Positions 27,058 to 38,483 of a stretch of 64,000 nucleotides of DNA are shown here, one piece after another. The notes under the pieces were generated by a model. That model ran no database searches and was not told where the DNA came from. It saw only the letters and a program-made list of their open reading frames with translations. The position numbers and the translations under genes were made by a program. The stretch spans positions 175,656 to 239,655 of the forward strand of contig JAVYLK010000001.1 of assembly GCA_038740895.1 (NCBI GenBank). Direction: 5' to 3'. Source of the DNA: Candidatus Caldarchaeum sp. (GTDB taxonomy: Archaea; Thermoproteota; Nitrososphaeria_A; Caldarchaeales; Caldarchaeaceae). How positions within the stretch are numbered: position 1 is the first letter of the stretch; each line of letters begins with the position of its first letter.

Positions 27058-28210
27058 CAACGACCTCATGCATATCGCCCATCCCCAACAAGTAGTTTCT
27101 ATCACGCCATTTGACCGAGGGCATTCCAGCCGTCTTTACGACAGCCGTGAGCAAGGCCGCTGAGACGGCGGCCGCTCCTAGATACCAGAGGAAGCCGTAG
27201 ACGAAACGGGATGAATGGAGCCTTGCCTCATGACCTAGAGCCAGGCTTGCGGCGAGGTAGCCTGCGAGGAAGGCTGGCAGGTTTCCCGACAGCAGAGTAA
27301 CTATCGGTATGGCTAAGCATAAGGATGTGAGGATTATGTAGGGTGCTTTTTGCTTGAATGAGCGGTTAAGCATTAGTGGTATGAACACTCTCAGCATGCC
27401 ATTCCATAGAGACTTCGAGTCGTCGTTCCACGAGGAGGTTAGCCTGTCTAAAGCCTTGGCGAACGAAACCCTTAGACCTGCCTTCAAAGCTCTCAACGCA
27501 AGAGCCCTATCCTCAAGAAGGGCGTTCCTAACAGCTCTATGGCCGCCGACCTTCTCGTAGGCTTCTCTCTTGATGAGGATGAAGCTGCCGAAAGCGAAAG
27601 CAGCCCTTCCAGTCTGGAACATGTGGGGCTTACCTAGCACGTACAGGCCTGTGAGCAAAATAGGCATGGTGAGCTTGTGGAGGACGCTGTTGAACCTCAG
27701 CCTAGGGTACAGAGTTATCAGCTCGGCCTGTTTCTCCTCAGCCTTCGACAAAGCCAGGGCTATAACATCCTCCGAGAAATGAGTGTCGGCATCTGTAAAG
27801 AGAAGCCAGTCGCCGGATGAATGGCGGTAGCCTACCTCGCATGCCCATGTCTTCCCAACCCATCCCTCAGGCGGTGAACCGCTCTTGATAGACTTCACTC
27901 CCCTATCCGAATACATCTGAGTAATTCTCAAGGTCTGGTCCGAAGAGTTGTCGTCGACGACGATGACCTCGACTGAAACGCCTCTCTGGGAGAGAAGCGA
28001 CTCGACGCATCCGGCTATGGTCTTCTCCTCATTCCTGGCAGGAACCACGACTGAGACAACTGTCTTAGGAACCCTAGTTTGGGAGTCGAGGTCGTCCAGA
28101 TGGTTCAAGGCCTCGATTTTCTTCAAAAATACGTACAGCCAAGCAGCAACGAACACGAGGGCTCCGGCAACAATTATCGCTTGGTTCAACCCTAGAAGAG
28201 ACGCAAACAA
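27044..28210 (-). CDS. family 2 glycosyltransferase with C-terminal TM region
   Basis: N-terminal TM, then GT-A motifs VVVPARNEEKTIAGCVESLLSQ, VIVVDDNSSDQT and LFTDADT. Multiple TM helices at the C-terminus. Confidence 0.75.
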   Translation of the reverse strand: MFASLLGLNQAIIVAGALVFVAAWLYVFLKKIEALNHLDDLDSQTRVPKTVVSVVVPARNEEKTIAGCVESLLSQRGVSVEVIVVDDNSSDQTLRITQMYSDRGVKSIKSGSPPEGWVGKTWACEVGYRHSSGDWLLFTDADTHFSEDVIALALSKAEEKQAELITLYPRLRFNSVLHKLTMPILLTGLYVLGKPHMFQTGRAAFAFGSFILIKREAYEKVGGHRAVRNALLEDRALALRALKAGLRVSFAKALDRLTSSWNDDSKSLWNGMLRVFIPLMLNRSFKQKAPYIILTSLCLAIPIVTLLSGNLPAFLAGYLAASLALGHEARLHSSRFVYGFLWYLGAAAVSAALLTAVVKTAGMPSVKWRDRNYLLGMGDMHEVVVKVC

Positions 28211-28219
28211 TTTATACTA
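28208..28219 (+). promoter_or_regulatory. putative BRE/TATA box (aacaaTTTATACT) about 25-30 nt upstream of the hsp20 ATG; a leaderless transcript is likely
   Basis: AT-rich TTTATACT preceded by a purine-rich BRE-like gcaaacaa, at the canonical archaeal spacing from the start codon. Confidence 0.4.
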
Positions 28220-28241
28220 CTTAAACCTGTTCTCATACAGA

Positions 28242-28820
28242 ATGTCTGACGACTGGTGGTTCGGGAGAAGGCGCAAAAGACCTTCAAGCTTCTTCGAAGA
28301 GTTTGAAGCCATGTTCGAGGAGATGCAGCGTGAGTTCTTGGATGAGATAAGGAGGATGATGGACTCTCTGCCCCGTGAGCTTGTGAGGGAGACTAGGACT
28401 CCTACGGGCGTCAGGAGAGAGTATGGTCCTTTCGTTTACGGCTACTCAATAACTATAGGGCCTGAGGGAAAGCCAATCATACGTCAGTTTGGAAACATAT
28501 CTCCAGCCGCCTTGCCCAAAGGTTTAGAGGTGAAGGCTGAGAGGGAGCCTTTGGTAGACATCATCGAGGACGAAAAGACTGTCAAGGTGGTTGCCGAGCT
28601 TCCCGGCGTTAAGAAGGAGGACATAGACCTCACGCTCGAGGAGAAAAGACTGACGATAAGGGTTGATACGGAGGCTAGGAAGTATTACAAGGAGGTGAGC
28701 CTACCGACAGAGGTGGAGACGTCAGGCGCTAGGGCCGAGTACAACAACGGCGTCCTGTCCGTGTCTTTGGTGAAGAAGCAGGCGGGCAGGATGAAGGGCG
28801 AGAAGGTGAGAGTCGAATAA
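28242..28820 (+). CDS. small heat shock protein (Hsp20/alpha-crystallin family)
   Basis: Alpha-crystallin domain PLVDIIEDEKTVKVVAELPGVKKEDIDLTLEEKRLTIRV...AEYNNGVLSVSL. Start placed at the internal ATG 28242 (MSDDWWFG...). The track's upstream 98 aa overlap the GT2 gene on the opposite strand. Confidence 0.75.
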   Translation: MSDDWWFGRRRKRPSSFFEEFEAMFEEMQREFLDEIRRMMDSLPRELVRETRTPTGVRREYGPFVYGYSITIGPEGKPIIRQFGNISPAALPKGLEVKAEREPLVDIIEDEKTVKVVAELPGVKKEDIDLTLEEKRLTIRVDTEARKYYKEVSLPTEVETSGARAEYNNGVLSVSLVKKQAGRMKGEKVRVE

Positions 28821-28881
28821 TTCATTAAAACAGCTTGTTTCTTCATCATAGTTAAATAAAGCAAAGAGCCTTTACATACGA

Positions 28882-31811
<2,930 letters not shown>

Positions 31812-31879
31812 CCCTCGGAGATAGACCAATCATACATCTCATATATATTCGGACCGCTCGCACAAGTAGCCGAAGAACC

Positions 31880-32344
31880 ATGAAGAGACTAGTCGCTGCA
31901 ACCGCTGTTCTAGCAGCTGTGGCCGCCTTAGTGGCTGGGTTTTCAGCGGTGAACGCTCTAAACCCCTCGCCGGTTCACGGACTGGGGCGTGGAAGAGGCG
32001 GGCCGTGGATGGGCAACGCAACGACGACAGAGAGCGTTGTTGAAGGCGTGGTCGTCAACGCAGACCACGGATTGATTGTCGTAAGCTCTGGTGGCCAGGA
32101 GCTCAGGCTTTCCGCTCCAAGGCTGTGGTCTGTCAGAGGCGAGACCAAGACTTGGTTCAGGCTGTTCGCCGACGACGATGTCAACATAGGCGACAACGTG
32201 AGGCTTATCGTCGTGACGATTTCGCACACAAGCCCGCGTGGAGCTACGATAACAATCCAAGTAGTCAAGACCATCACAGACCTTTCGACGGGCGTTGAGG
32301 CCTCAGCCGTCCAACGTCAGCCACCAGCAGCGCCACAAACGTAA
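31880..32344 (+). CDS. secreted hypothetical protein (signal peptide, 154 aa)
   Basis: N-terminal LVAATAVLAAVAALVAGFSAVNA signal-like segment, Thr/Val-rich. Confidence 0.4.
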   Translation: MKRLVAATAVLAAVAALVAGFSAVNALNPSPVHGLGRGRGGPWMGNATTTESVVEGVVVNADHGLIVVSSGGQELRLSAPRLWSVRGETKTWFRLFADDDVNIGDNVRLIVVTISHTSPRGATITIQVVKTITDLSTGVEASAVQRQPPAAPQT

Positions 32345-32393
32345 ACAACCCCCAAATAATTTTTTATAACAACGCCCTGCATATGCGAGTGAG

Positions 32394-33020
32394 TTGATGG
32401 TTCCGGCGATCGTTAGGCTAGACATTATTTTCGAAGCCGTCAGCTTCATCTTCAGCCTAGCCATATCCTCCGTCGCCCTCCTTGCTTGGAGGAAGTTAAG
32501 GTCTAGAACCCTGCTGCTGTTCGCCTTGGGCTTTTTCCTAATGGCTGCCGCCATGCTTCTGCGTGTAGTTTTGGTAAGCTTAGCTTTCTCGTCCGCTTCC
32601 TCCCCCCCATACTTCAGGCACCTGTTTTTCCTAACTCTCCAGCTTCAGGAGACAATCTACTCACTCATACGGCTGGTGTCGTACATCGTTTTTCTGTACC
32701 TGTACGCCGCCTACCCTTTGAAGAAGGACGGAGGCCTTTACCTTCTCACCCCCGCATCCCTAATCTACAACCCGTTCTTCGAAGCGGTGTCTGCAACGAT
32801 ACTCGCTTTCATAGTTTATCAGCTGGTCACAACAACACGGGACAAACAAGCCGGCTACGGAACAGCAGGCTTCATATTCCTACTGATCAGCCACCTACTC
32901 TTCATAGCAACGCCCCTGTCTCTAAACTTCTACCTTCTAGCCCACTTCACCCAGATGCTGTCATTCGTTCTCTTCCTGACAGGGGTTTCGACGGTGCTCA
33001 AACATGGTGAAAGACTATAG
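32394..33020 (+). CDS. integral membrane hypothetical protein (about 6 TM)
   Basis: Uniformly hydrophobic 208-aa ORF. Confidence 0.4.
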   Translation: MMVPAIVRLDIIFEAVSFIFSLAISSVALLAWRKLRSRTLLLFALGFFLMAAAMLLRVVLVSLAFSSASSPPYFRHLFFLTLQLQETIYSLIRLVSYIVFLYLYAAYPLKKDGGLYLLTPASLIYNPFFEAVSATILAFIVYQLVTTTRDKQAGYGTAGFIFLLISHLLFIATPLSLNFYLLAHFTQMLSFVLFLTGVSTVLKHGERL

Positions 33021-33279
33021 GTCGAAGGCTAGAATATACTCGGACATACTCGAGTCCGTGTCTTCGCAGGGCTTGGCTAAGCCCACGAAGATTATGGTGG
33101 ACGCCAACCTCTCATACGACCGTTTGACCAAATACCTCTCGCTGCTGCTGGAGAAAGGCTTGGTAAAAAAGTATGAAGGGTCTGAGCTTTCGTACGTGAT
33201 TACAGAGAAAGGCGTGCAGTATCTCTCCGAGTTTAAAAAATTCGAAAAGCTGGCAGCTGCTTTCGGCCTCAGGCTATGA
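33004..33279 (+). CDS. small winged-helix DNA-binding protein (HTH_45-like)
   Basis: ARIYSDILESVSSQGLAKPTKIMVDANLSYDRLTKYLSLLLEKGLVKK, a typical crenarchaeal small wHTH regulator. Confidence 0.55.
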   Translation: MVKDYRSKARIYSDILESVSSQGLAKPTKIMVDANLSYDRLTKYLSLLLEKGLVKKYEGSELSYVITEKGVQYLSEFKKFEKLAAAFGLRL

Positions 33280-33492
33280 TGTTGAGGCATGCTGCGTCTT
33301 CTTCTTGACGATCCGGATTTTGCAGAGCAGCGAGTCGCCGTCCTTGATCTCGAAGATTTTCCTTATCTCTTCAGGGATAGTTATCCGACCGCCCGCAGTG
33401 ACTTCTGCGAAGAACGGAATATCTTCCTCAGATATTTCAACCATTTTTACGGCTTTTACAGGTTCAAGCTGCTTAATAACCTCACTCGGCAC
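33274..33492 (-). CDS. AbrB/MazE/SpoVT-type swapped-hairpin DNA-binding protein (72 aa)
   Basis: GRITIPEEIRKIFEIKDGDSL motif. Overlaps the upstream decarboxylase gene by 11 nt (co-transcribed). Confidence 0.55.
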   Translation of the reverse strand: MPSEVIKQLEPVKAVKMVEISEEDIPFFAEVTAGGRITIPEEIRKIFEIKDGDSLLCKIRIVKKKTQHASTS

Positions 33493-34456
33493 GGGCCGGA
33501 CCCCCGACCTCCGAAACCCATGGCGTCAACCCCAAGTCCTCCACCCTGCTGGAGACATACTGGGCGTCCTCGGGATGGGTGTTTATGAAGACAGTGGGCC
33601 CTGTCTGCATGGAGTAGTAGCATTCGACTCCCTCCCTCCTCAGCCGGAGCACCTCGTTAATTATTCTCATGCTATCAACCGACGCAAGTATCAGCCTTCT
33701 TGGACCGGTGGCTGTGGCCGCGTGCAGCTCTATCGTGTCCAGCTCCTTCAGATCGCCAAAAGTCTTGAAGTCTCCGTTTAGTATGGCTTTCTCCATCTCC
33801 TCGCATCTCTGCTGAGCGTTTTTGACGCGGGTGTCAAAGAAAGTTGAGCGCTCGGCCTCCGAGTGAGCTTCTTCAGTTGAGTACTCGGCGTTAAGCGGTA
33901 CCACAACTACTTTGAGCGGGAGGTTTTTCTCGTCTGCGAAACAGACGGCGTAGGAGTCTTCGTCAGAACTACCTGCGTACCATCTGGAATACTTGCCTAC
34001 GACGCTTCTGCAAGCCGAACCAGCTAGCCTCCGTGCAATCCTCGACAGGAGACGCATGTCCCATCCGTACCGCTTGTCCAAGCCCGCTGCCTTGAAGGAG
34101 GCGACGGCTAGCGCAGCCCCTCCGGATGACGAGAACCCAAGACCCTTCACCCTTCCTAGGGGTATCGAATTGTTTGAAACAACTCGGAAGTCGGCCTCAA
34201 ACCCCGCAAGCTTCATGACGTACTCTACAACGGTTTGGATGCGCTGAAGCTCCCTCCCCGAGACCCTGACGCCGTTGATGACTGCCGTATTCTCGCCGAA
34301 ATCGCCGAACTCAACCTCAGTAGTCGTCGTGAACGCGCCGAGGTTGACCGAGATGCTGTCATGGTAGGGTATTCTAAGCCTCCAGTCCCTGAGACCGTGG
34401 TACTTTACAAGCCCCTCCATCGGATGAGCGACAGCCCTGCCCTTCACATCCCCCAC
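33482..34456 (-). CDS. diphosphomevalonate decarboxylase family (GHMP kinase superfamily)
   Basis: N-terminus AVAHPMEGLVKYHGLRDWRLRIPYHDSISVNLGAFTTTTEVEF...NTAVINGVRV matches the MVD pattern NIALIKYWGKRD..LNLP.NSSISVTL..TTT. GHMP motif SIPLGRVKGLGFSSSGGAALAVA. Confidence 0.65.
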   Translation of the reverse strand: MGDVKGRAVAHPMEGLVKYHGLRDWRLRIPYHDSISVNLGAFTTTTEVEFGDFGENTAVINGVRVSGRELQRIQTVVEYVMKLAGFEADFRVVSNNSIPLGRVKGLGFSSSGGAALAVASFKAAGLDKRYGWDMRLLSRIARRLAGSACRSVVGKYSRWYAGSSDEDSYAVCFADEKNLPLKVVVVPLNAEYSTEEAHSEAERSTFFDTRVKNAQQRCEEMEKAILNGDFKTFGDLKELDTIELHAATATGPRRLILASVDSMRIINEVLRLRREGVECYYSMQTGPTVFINTHPEDAQYVSSRVEDLGLTPWVSEVGGPARAE

Positions 34457-35605
34457 CTAAGTGTAGCGTATTCTTTGAAACCGTCTGACTAACTCAACAA
34501 CCTCAGCCGAGACATTCTCCCCCTCCAAGGCTCTCTTACAAAGCCGGGCTGCCCTCGACATCTGCTTCAAACCCATACCCCTTCTGGAAACCTCGGAAGT
34601 CCCCATCCTCACAGCTATATCCACAAGTATCTTAGACTTCTCCAGAACATCCCTCATCCTCACTCCATCCTGCTCGGTGCAAGGTATGTAAACTTGGTGT
34701 GATTTTGTGTATCCACTCGAGTCCTTGAAAGGCCTGACCCCATACTTATCGAGAGACGAAGCCAGCTCTGACGCGTTGCTCACCACTCTTTCTGCGTAGG
34801 CCCGACCGTTGCGTTTCATCTCTTCTAAGGCTACGGCCAGCCCTGCAACCCTGTTGAAGTGAATGTTATCTACAAACTTGTGGAAAGTCGTTTCCTCCAC
34901 CGCTCTGGCGATTTTTTCGTCATTGGTGAGTATAATTCCTCCTTGGGGGCCGAAGAATGATTTGTGAGTCGACCCGAGCAGGATGTCAGCTCCTTCTTCG
35001 AGAGGTTTCTGGAACAAACCGCCCGCTATCAGCCCTAGAACGTGAGAGCCGTCGTAAACAACCCTGCCTCCGTATGAGTGGACAGCCTCCGACAACTCTT
35101 TCACCGGCATCGGGTAAAGAAATAAACTCGCCCCCAACACCACGGCATCCGGCCTCTCCCTCTCAACAATTCTGAGACACTCTTCCAAGTCTAGGTGAAA
35201 CCCTTTGTACGGGAGAAAATGAACACGGTAGCCGAAAACTTCAACAATCTTATCCTTCATCAAGCCGGGGTATCCGCCAACCGAGGGGTCGACCGACGCG
35301 ACCTTACCTCCCCTACCTGCGACAACGTACAAAGCCTGCATCAAGGCCAGATGACCGGAGAGAGGAGCTACGCTGACGAAGTCGCAGCGGAATACACTCT
35401 TAGCCAAGTCCTCGGCAGCGCTCCAGACTTCATGCATCATCGACGTGCCTGAGTAGAATTCTGGCCTGAACGCATAGCGGGAGGCCATGTCTGACGAGAG
35501 AGCTCTTCTGACGGCCGGGCTGAGGACGTTGTCGCTTGCCAACAGGCTGAGATACCTTGGCCTTTCACGGTCATGCCTGTAAACAGCTTCAAGAGGCCTG
35601 TACAT
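34457..35605 (-). CDS. glyA: serine hydroxymethyltransferase-like PLP enzyme (SHMT family)
   Basis: LLASDNVLSPAVRRAL (cf. LIASENF), PLP-Lys region GSTHKSFFGPQGGIIL. At 382 aa it is shorter than canonical SHMT, so it may be a SHMT-like paralog. Confidence 0.55.
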   Translation of the reverse strand: MYRPLEAVYRHDRERPRYLSLLASDNVLSPAVRRALSSDMASRYAFRPEFYSGTSMMHEVWSAAEDLAKSVFRCDFVSVAPLSGHLALMQALYVVAGRGGKVASVDPSVGGYPGLMKDKIVEVFGYRVHFLPYKGFHLDLEECLRIVERERPDAVVLGASLFLYPMPVKELSEAVHSYGGRVVYDGSHVLGLIAGGLFQKPLEEGADILLGSTHKSFFGPQGGIILTNDEKIARAVEETTFHKFVDNIHFNRVAGLAVALEEMKRNGRAYAERVVSNASELASSLDKYGVRPFKDSSGYTKSHQVYIPCTEQDGVRMRDVLEKSKILVDIAVRMGTSEVSRRGMGLKQMSRAARLCKRALEGENVSAEVVELVRRFQRIRYT

Positions 35606-35641
35606 CCAATAAATCCTTAACGCCGAGGATTTTACTGTTTT

Positions 35642-36100
35642 TCACACATAGACGTACCTAGTGTCAGACTTGACAACTCTCAGCGTGACATACGTGTTCA
35701 CCGCTGAAACACCTTTGAGCTTCTTTATCCTATCAACAACCTCCCTGACGTGGTTTAAATCGTAGCCGACGACGACTGCGATCGCGTCATAGTCTCCTGA
35801 AAGCTGGTAGATGTTATAAACCTCCCTCATGGCTTTCAGCTCCTCAAGAACATTATCCAGCTCGGAAGGCTCGATCTTAATCATCAAAGCAGCTGAATTC
35901 TTCAGCCCAAGCTTAGAATGGTCCACAAGGGCAGTGATACGGCGGATTACACCGCTGCGGACTAGCCTGTTAAACCTGAAACGAACCGTGTTTTCGCTGA
36001 CTCCCAGCTTCCTCCCTATGTCGGCAAAAGAGGCTCGTCCATCCTCGTAGAGGATAGACAATATCTTCTTGTCGAGCTCGTCAACCTCCTCAGCCATCAC
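35642..36100 (-). CDS. Lrp/AsnC family transcriptional regulator
   Basis: LDKKILSILYEDGRASFADIGRKLGVSENTVRFRFNRLVRSGVIRRI plus a C-terminal RAM domain. 152 aa. Confidence 0.85.
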   Translation of the reverse strand: MMAEEVDELDKKILSILYEDGRASFADIGRKLGVSENTVRFRFNRLVRSGVIRRITALVDHSKLGLKNSAALMIKIEPSELDNVLEELKAMREVYNIYQLSGDYDAIAVVVGYDLNHVREVVDRIKKLKGVSAVNTYVTLRVVKSDTRYVYV

Positions 36101-36536
36101 CGTCCCACCTAACTATCAACCCTTTGTCCGGGCTGTGTTTTGAGAGGTCGACAAACCTCCAACCCCTTCCGACAAACCTTATAGCGGCGACGGGCCTTGG
36201 GTGTATCCTCTCGCCGCAGTGAGGGCATTTTACTTCAAACTTCTTTACAAACTCCATCAGCCTAGAGACCTGCTCGCTGTTCAGCATGGCGTATGATTTG
36301 CTGCTGCTTTTCACCTCGACAGCTATCAACTCCCCCCCGTCAACGGCCAGCATGTCGGGCTTAGCCATCTTACCCGAGCCGCTTCCCGGAGTCCTTATGG
36401 CGTAGAAACCATCCTCCCCGACCTCAACGAACTTTCTCAGCAGGCTGTACTCACCTTCGTAGCCCAACCGCGCCCTATACCTTGGGGAGTTGGGGTTGGA
36501 GGGTTTTCGAGCCATACATTCAACGCCCGTCTTCAA
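36090..36536 (-). CDS. Holliday-junction-resolvase (Hjc/Hje)-family PD-(D/E)xK nuclease with an inserted CxxC...H element
   Basis: Hjc-like pattern G.EGEYSLLRKFVEVGEDGFYAIRTPGSGSG...PDMLAVDGGELIAVEVKSS...YAMLNSEQVSRLMEF, plus KCPHCGERIHP. Overlaps the lrp start by 11 nt. Confidence 0.55.
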   Translation of the reverse strand: MKTGVECMARKPSNPNSPRYRARLGYEGEYSLLRKFVEVGEDGFYAIRTPGSGSGKMAKPDMLAVDGGELIAVEVKSSSKSYAMLNSEQVSRLMEFVKKFEVKCPHCGERIHPRPVAAIRFVGRGWRFVDLSKHSPDKGLIVRWDGDG

Positions 36537-36903
36537 GATGTATTATCTTCTTCTCCTGCTTCTCCGCGACAGGCGGGTTCTTCTCGATCTCGTTCAGCTC
36601 GATCAACAGCGGACTCAGATACCTGCTGAAAGTAGCTGAGTTCTTGACCCATTTCCTCTCCGAAGGCTTAGACAAATACCCAATCTCAACAAGGTTGGAG
36701 AGGAATGTGGAAACGCTTCTACGCTTTCTTTCATTCCTCGAAACAGATTCGTGTAAACGTTCAGTCAAGTCTGTGAGGCTGAAGGTGGTTTTACTCATCG
36801 TGGCGATTGCCGCCAGCACCTGCACGATCTCGTCCTCGGTCAAAAGCCGCGTCTTCCACTTCAGCATCTTCACCACAGGGTTCACTTCTTTCATTTTTGT
36901 CAA
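36520..36903 (-). CDS. hypothetical small winged-helix-like protein (127 aa)
   Basis: wHTH-like segment LTDLTERLHESVSRNERKRRSVSTFLSNLVEIGYLSK. Overlaps both operon neighbours. Confidence 0.4.
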   Translation of the reverse strand: MTKMKEVNPVVKMLKWKTRLLTEDEIVQVLAAIATMSKTTFSLTDLTERLHESVSRNERKRRSVSTFLSNLVEIGYLSKPSERKWVKNSATFSRYLSPLLIELNEIEKNPPVAEKQEKKIIHLEDGR

Positions 36904-38330
36904 GCCCTGTAAAACCTTTCATAAATGTATGCCGGGTCAACCATCACCATTTTACTGCATGAGAAGCATGTCGTCTGCAGCATTTCTTTATCGGATATGG
37001 CTAGCTCAAGCTCGGTTTTAGATGGGAGAACTAGAAGGTTTATCGACTGGCAGTAAGGGCATTTAAGCTTCACTCTCGTGCCGCTGTCGTCGTTGAGCAA
37101 GATGCCTTTGTTCTTCAGCTTGAAGAAGACGGGGGATTGAGGTACGGCTGGTTCGGGAGCGGGCTGCTTGACACCGCTGAGCCGGCTTAGCTCCGCCCTC
37201 AGCCTCTCGTTCTCCTCCTCCAGCTGAGACTTCTTCGCCACAACTTCCTTAAACTCCTTCTCCAGCTTTTCGAAAACCCATTTAGGAATCAAGTCGTTCT
37301 TTATAGCGGGCATTACAAACTCGACGACCTTCTTCCTGACGTTCTCCACGAGGGGCTGCTCCAGCGGCTTAAGCACTTGGATCTCGCCGGCCTTCACCTT
37401 GGCGATGTTTGCGAACTGTTTTGACAACGCCTCCAAGTCCTCTCTCTTCACCAGCTCAGGACTTTGGAGAAGCATCATGAGGGAACGGGCCGAAGCCGCC
37501 TCGTCCTCCAAAACCTCCACTATCTCCCTTCTCTTCTCAACCTCCTCCTCCAGCTTCCTCAACTCTTCCTTCTTCTCCTCTATGGCCTTCAGCACATCCT
37601 CGGCACTCCCCCGGAAACCAACGAGCGCTTCATACTCCTTGGCAAGCTCCTCAAGCTGTTTAGAAAGAACCTCCCGCCTGTCCTCCAGCTCAGCCACCGA
37701 TTGTCTAAGCCTTTTGAACAGCTGTTCAAGGTCTTCGATTTCGGGCAGCGACAGAGATAGTTGTTTCAGCCTCTCCTGCTTGGCGTTAAGCTCTTCCTCG
37801 ACCCGGCTGAGCTTTAGCTCCGTCTGCTTAAGCATGTTGTTAGCTTCCACTATCTTCGACTCGACTTCATCCAAGCGTGCGAATTTTTCAAACAACTCCT
37901 TGACATCTAGGCCTGAAGCGGTCATCTTCACCGCGGCTCTAGCTATCTGCTCGAGGTTGTTGACGTCGACGGAATACTTCTCAAGCGTTTTCATAAGGGC
38001 CCCAACCCTGTTGACGGTCTCGAGAGTTAGCTTATGCTGCTCTAGGTAAATCTTCAAGTCCTCCTCAATTCTTCTCCTCTTCTCCAGCAGCTCGCTGATG
38101 GCGTACTCGAGCTTGACACTCTCACGGAATTTCTTCTCATAATCCTTAACCAGAGCGGAGTAGTTTTTTCCATGGGCCCTCTCCAGCTCACGAAGCTTCA
38201 GCGCAGCCTTCACATACCTCTTGAACTGTTGGGGAGACAGCCCCAGCTCTTTATATGCGGTAAGAACCTCGCTCATCGCCCCCCCATCATCCTTACCCAC
38301 TCCACCGCCGGCCTCCAAGTTCTCGTCCAT
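36900..38330 (-). CDS. long coiled-coil protein with C-terminal Cys4 zinc ribbon (476 aa), hypothetical
   Basis: Gly-rich N-terminus, about 350 aa of heptad-rich E/K/L sequence, and C-terminal CPYCQS...CFSCS. No Walker motifs, so not an SMC/Rad50 ATPase. Confidence 0.5.
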   Translation of the reverse strand: MDENLEAGGGVGKDDGGAMSEVLTAYKELGLSPQQFKRYVKAALKLRELERAHGKNYSALVKDYEKKFRESVKLEYAISELLEKRRRIEEDLKIYLEQHKLTLETVNRVGALMKTLEKYSVDVNNLEQIARAAVKMTASGLDVKELFEKFARLDEVESKIVEANNMLKQTELKLSRVEEELNAKQERLKQLSLSLPEIEDLEQLFKRLRQSVAELEDRREVLSKQLEELAKEYEALVGFRGSAEDVLKAIEEKKEELRKLEEEVEKRREIVEVLEDEAASARSLMMLLQSPELVKREDLEALSKQFANIAKVKAGEIQVLKPLEQPLVENVRKKVVEFVMPAIKNDLIPKWVFEKLEKEFKEVVAKKSQLEEENERLRAELSRLSGVKQPAPEPAVPQSPVFFKLKNKGILLNDDSGTRVKLKCPYCQSINLLVLPSKTELELAISDKEMLQTTCFSCSKMVMVDPAYIYERFYRA

Positions 38331-38483
38331 TAACTTCTTAATACAACAAACAATGATTTAAGAGTATAAGTTTACCCAGACCAATCGGCGTCCAGACGTA
38401 TTAGCCTCAATGGTCTTCGAGTAATACGTGAGTAGTGAAGTCTTAAATAAATACGGGGCATAACCATATGTAGTGCAGTAGTT

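Noticed and set aside
27948-28241. 98-aa N-terminal extension of the Hsp20 ORF
   Set aside because: Antisense to the GT2 gene, compositionally biased, and upstream of a good TATA box; the sHSP domain starts after the internal Met.
33004-33492. wHTH / AbrB-MazE-like pair as a possible toxin-antitoxin module
   Set aside because: No toxin partner (PIN, RelE or MazF fold) is adjacent. The genes are convergent rather than co-directional, and the AbrB-like gene is coupled to the mevalonate-pathway decarboxylase instead.
37399-38049. Multiple track ORFs antisense to or nested in the coiled-coil gene (and similar Ser/Leu-rich antisense ORFs throughout, e.g. 8366-8710, 9104-9523, 9914-10462, 12803-13519, 21361-21901, 39577-40125, 60839-61381)
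   Set aside because: Typical GC-rich antisense or low-complexity artefacts fully contained in better-supported genes on the other strand.
38331-38483. Possible C/D-box sRNA or other ncRNA in AT-rich intergenic regions (also 24911-25022 and 56566-56771)
   Set aside because: No convincing RUGAUGA/CUGA box pairs with correct spacing or terminal stem were found by eye. This needs a covariance-model scan to exclude.
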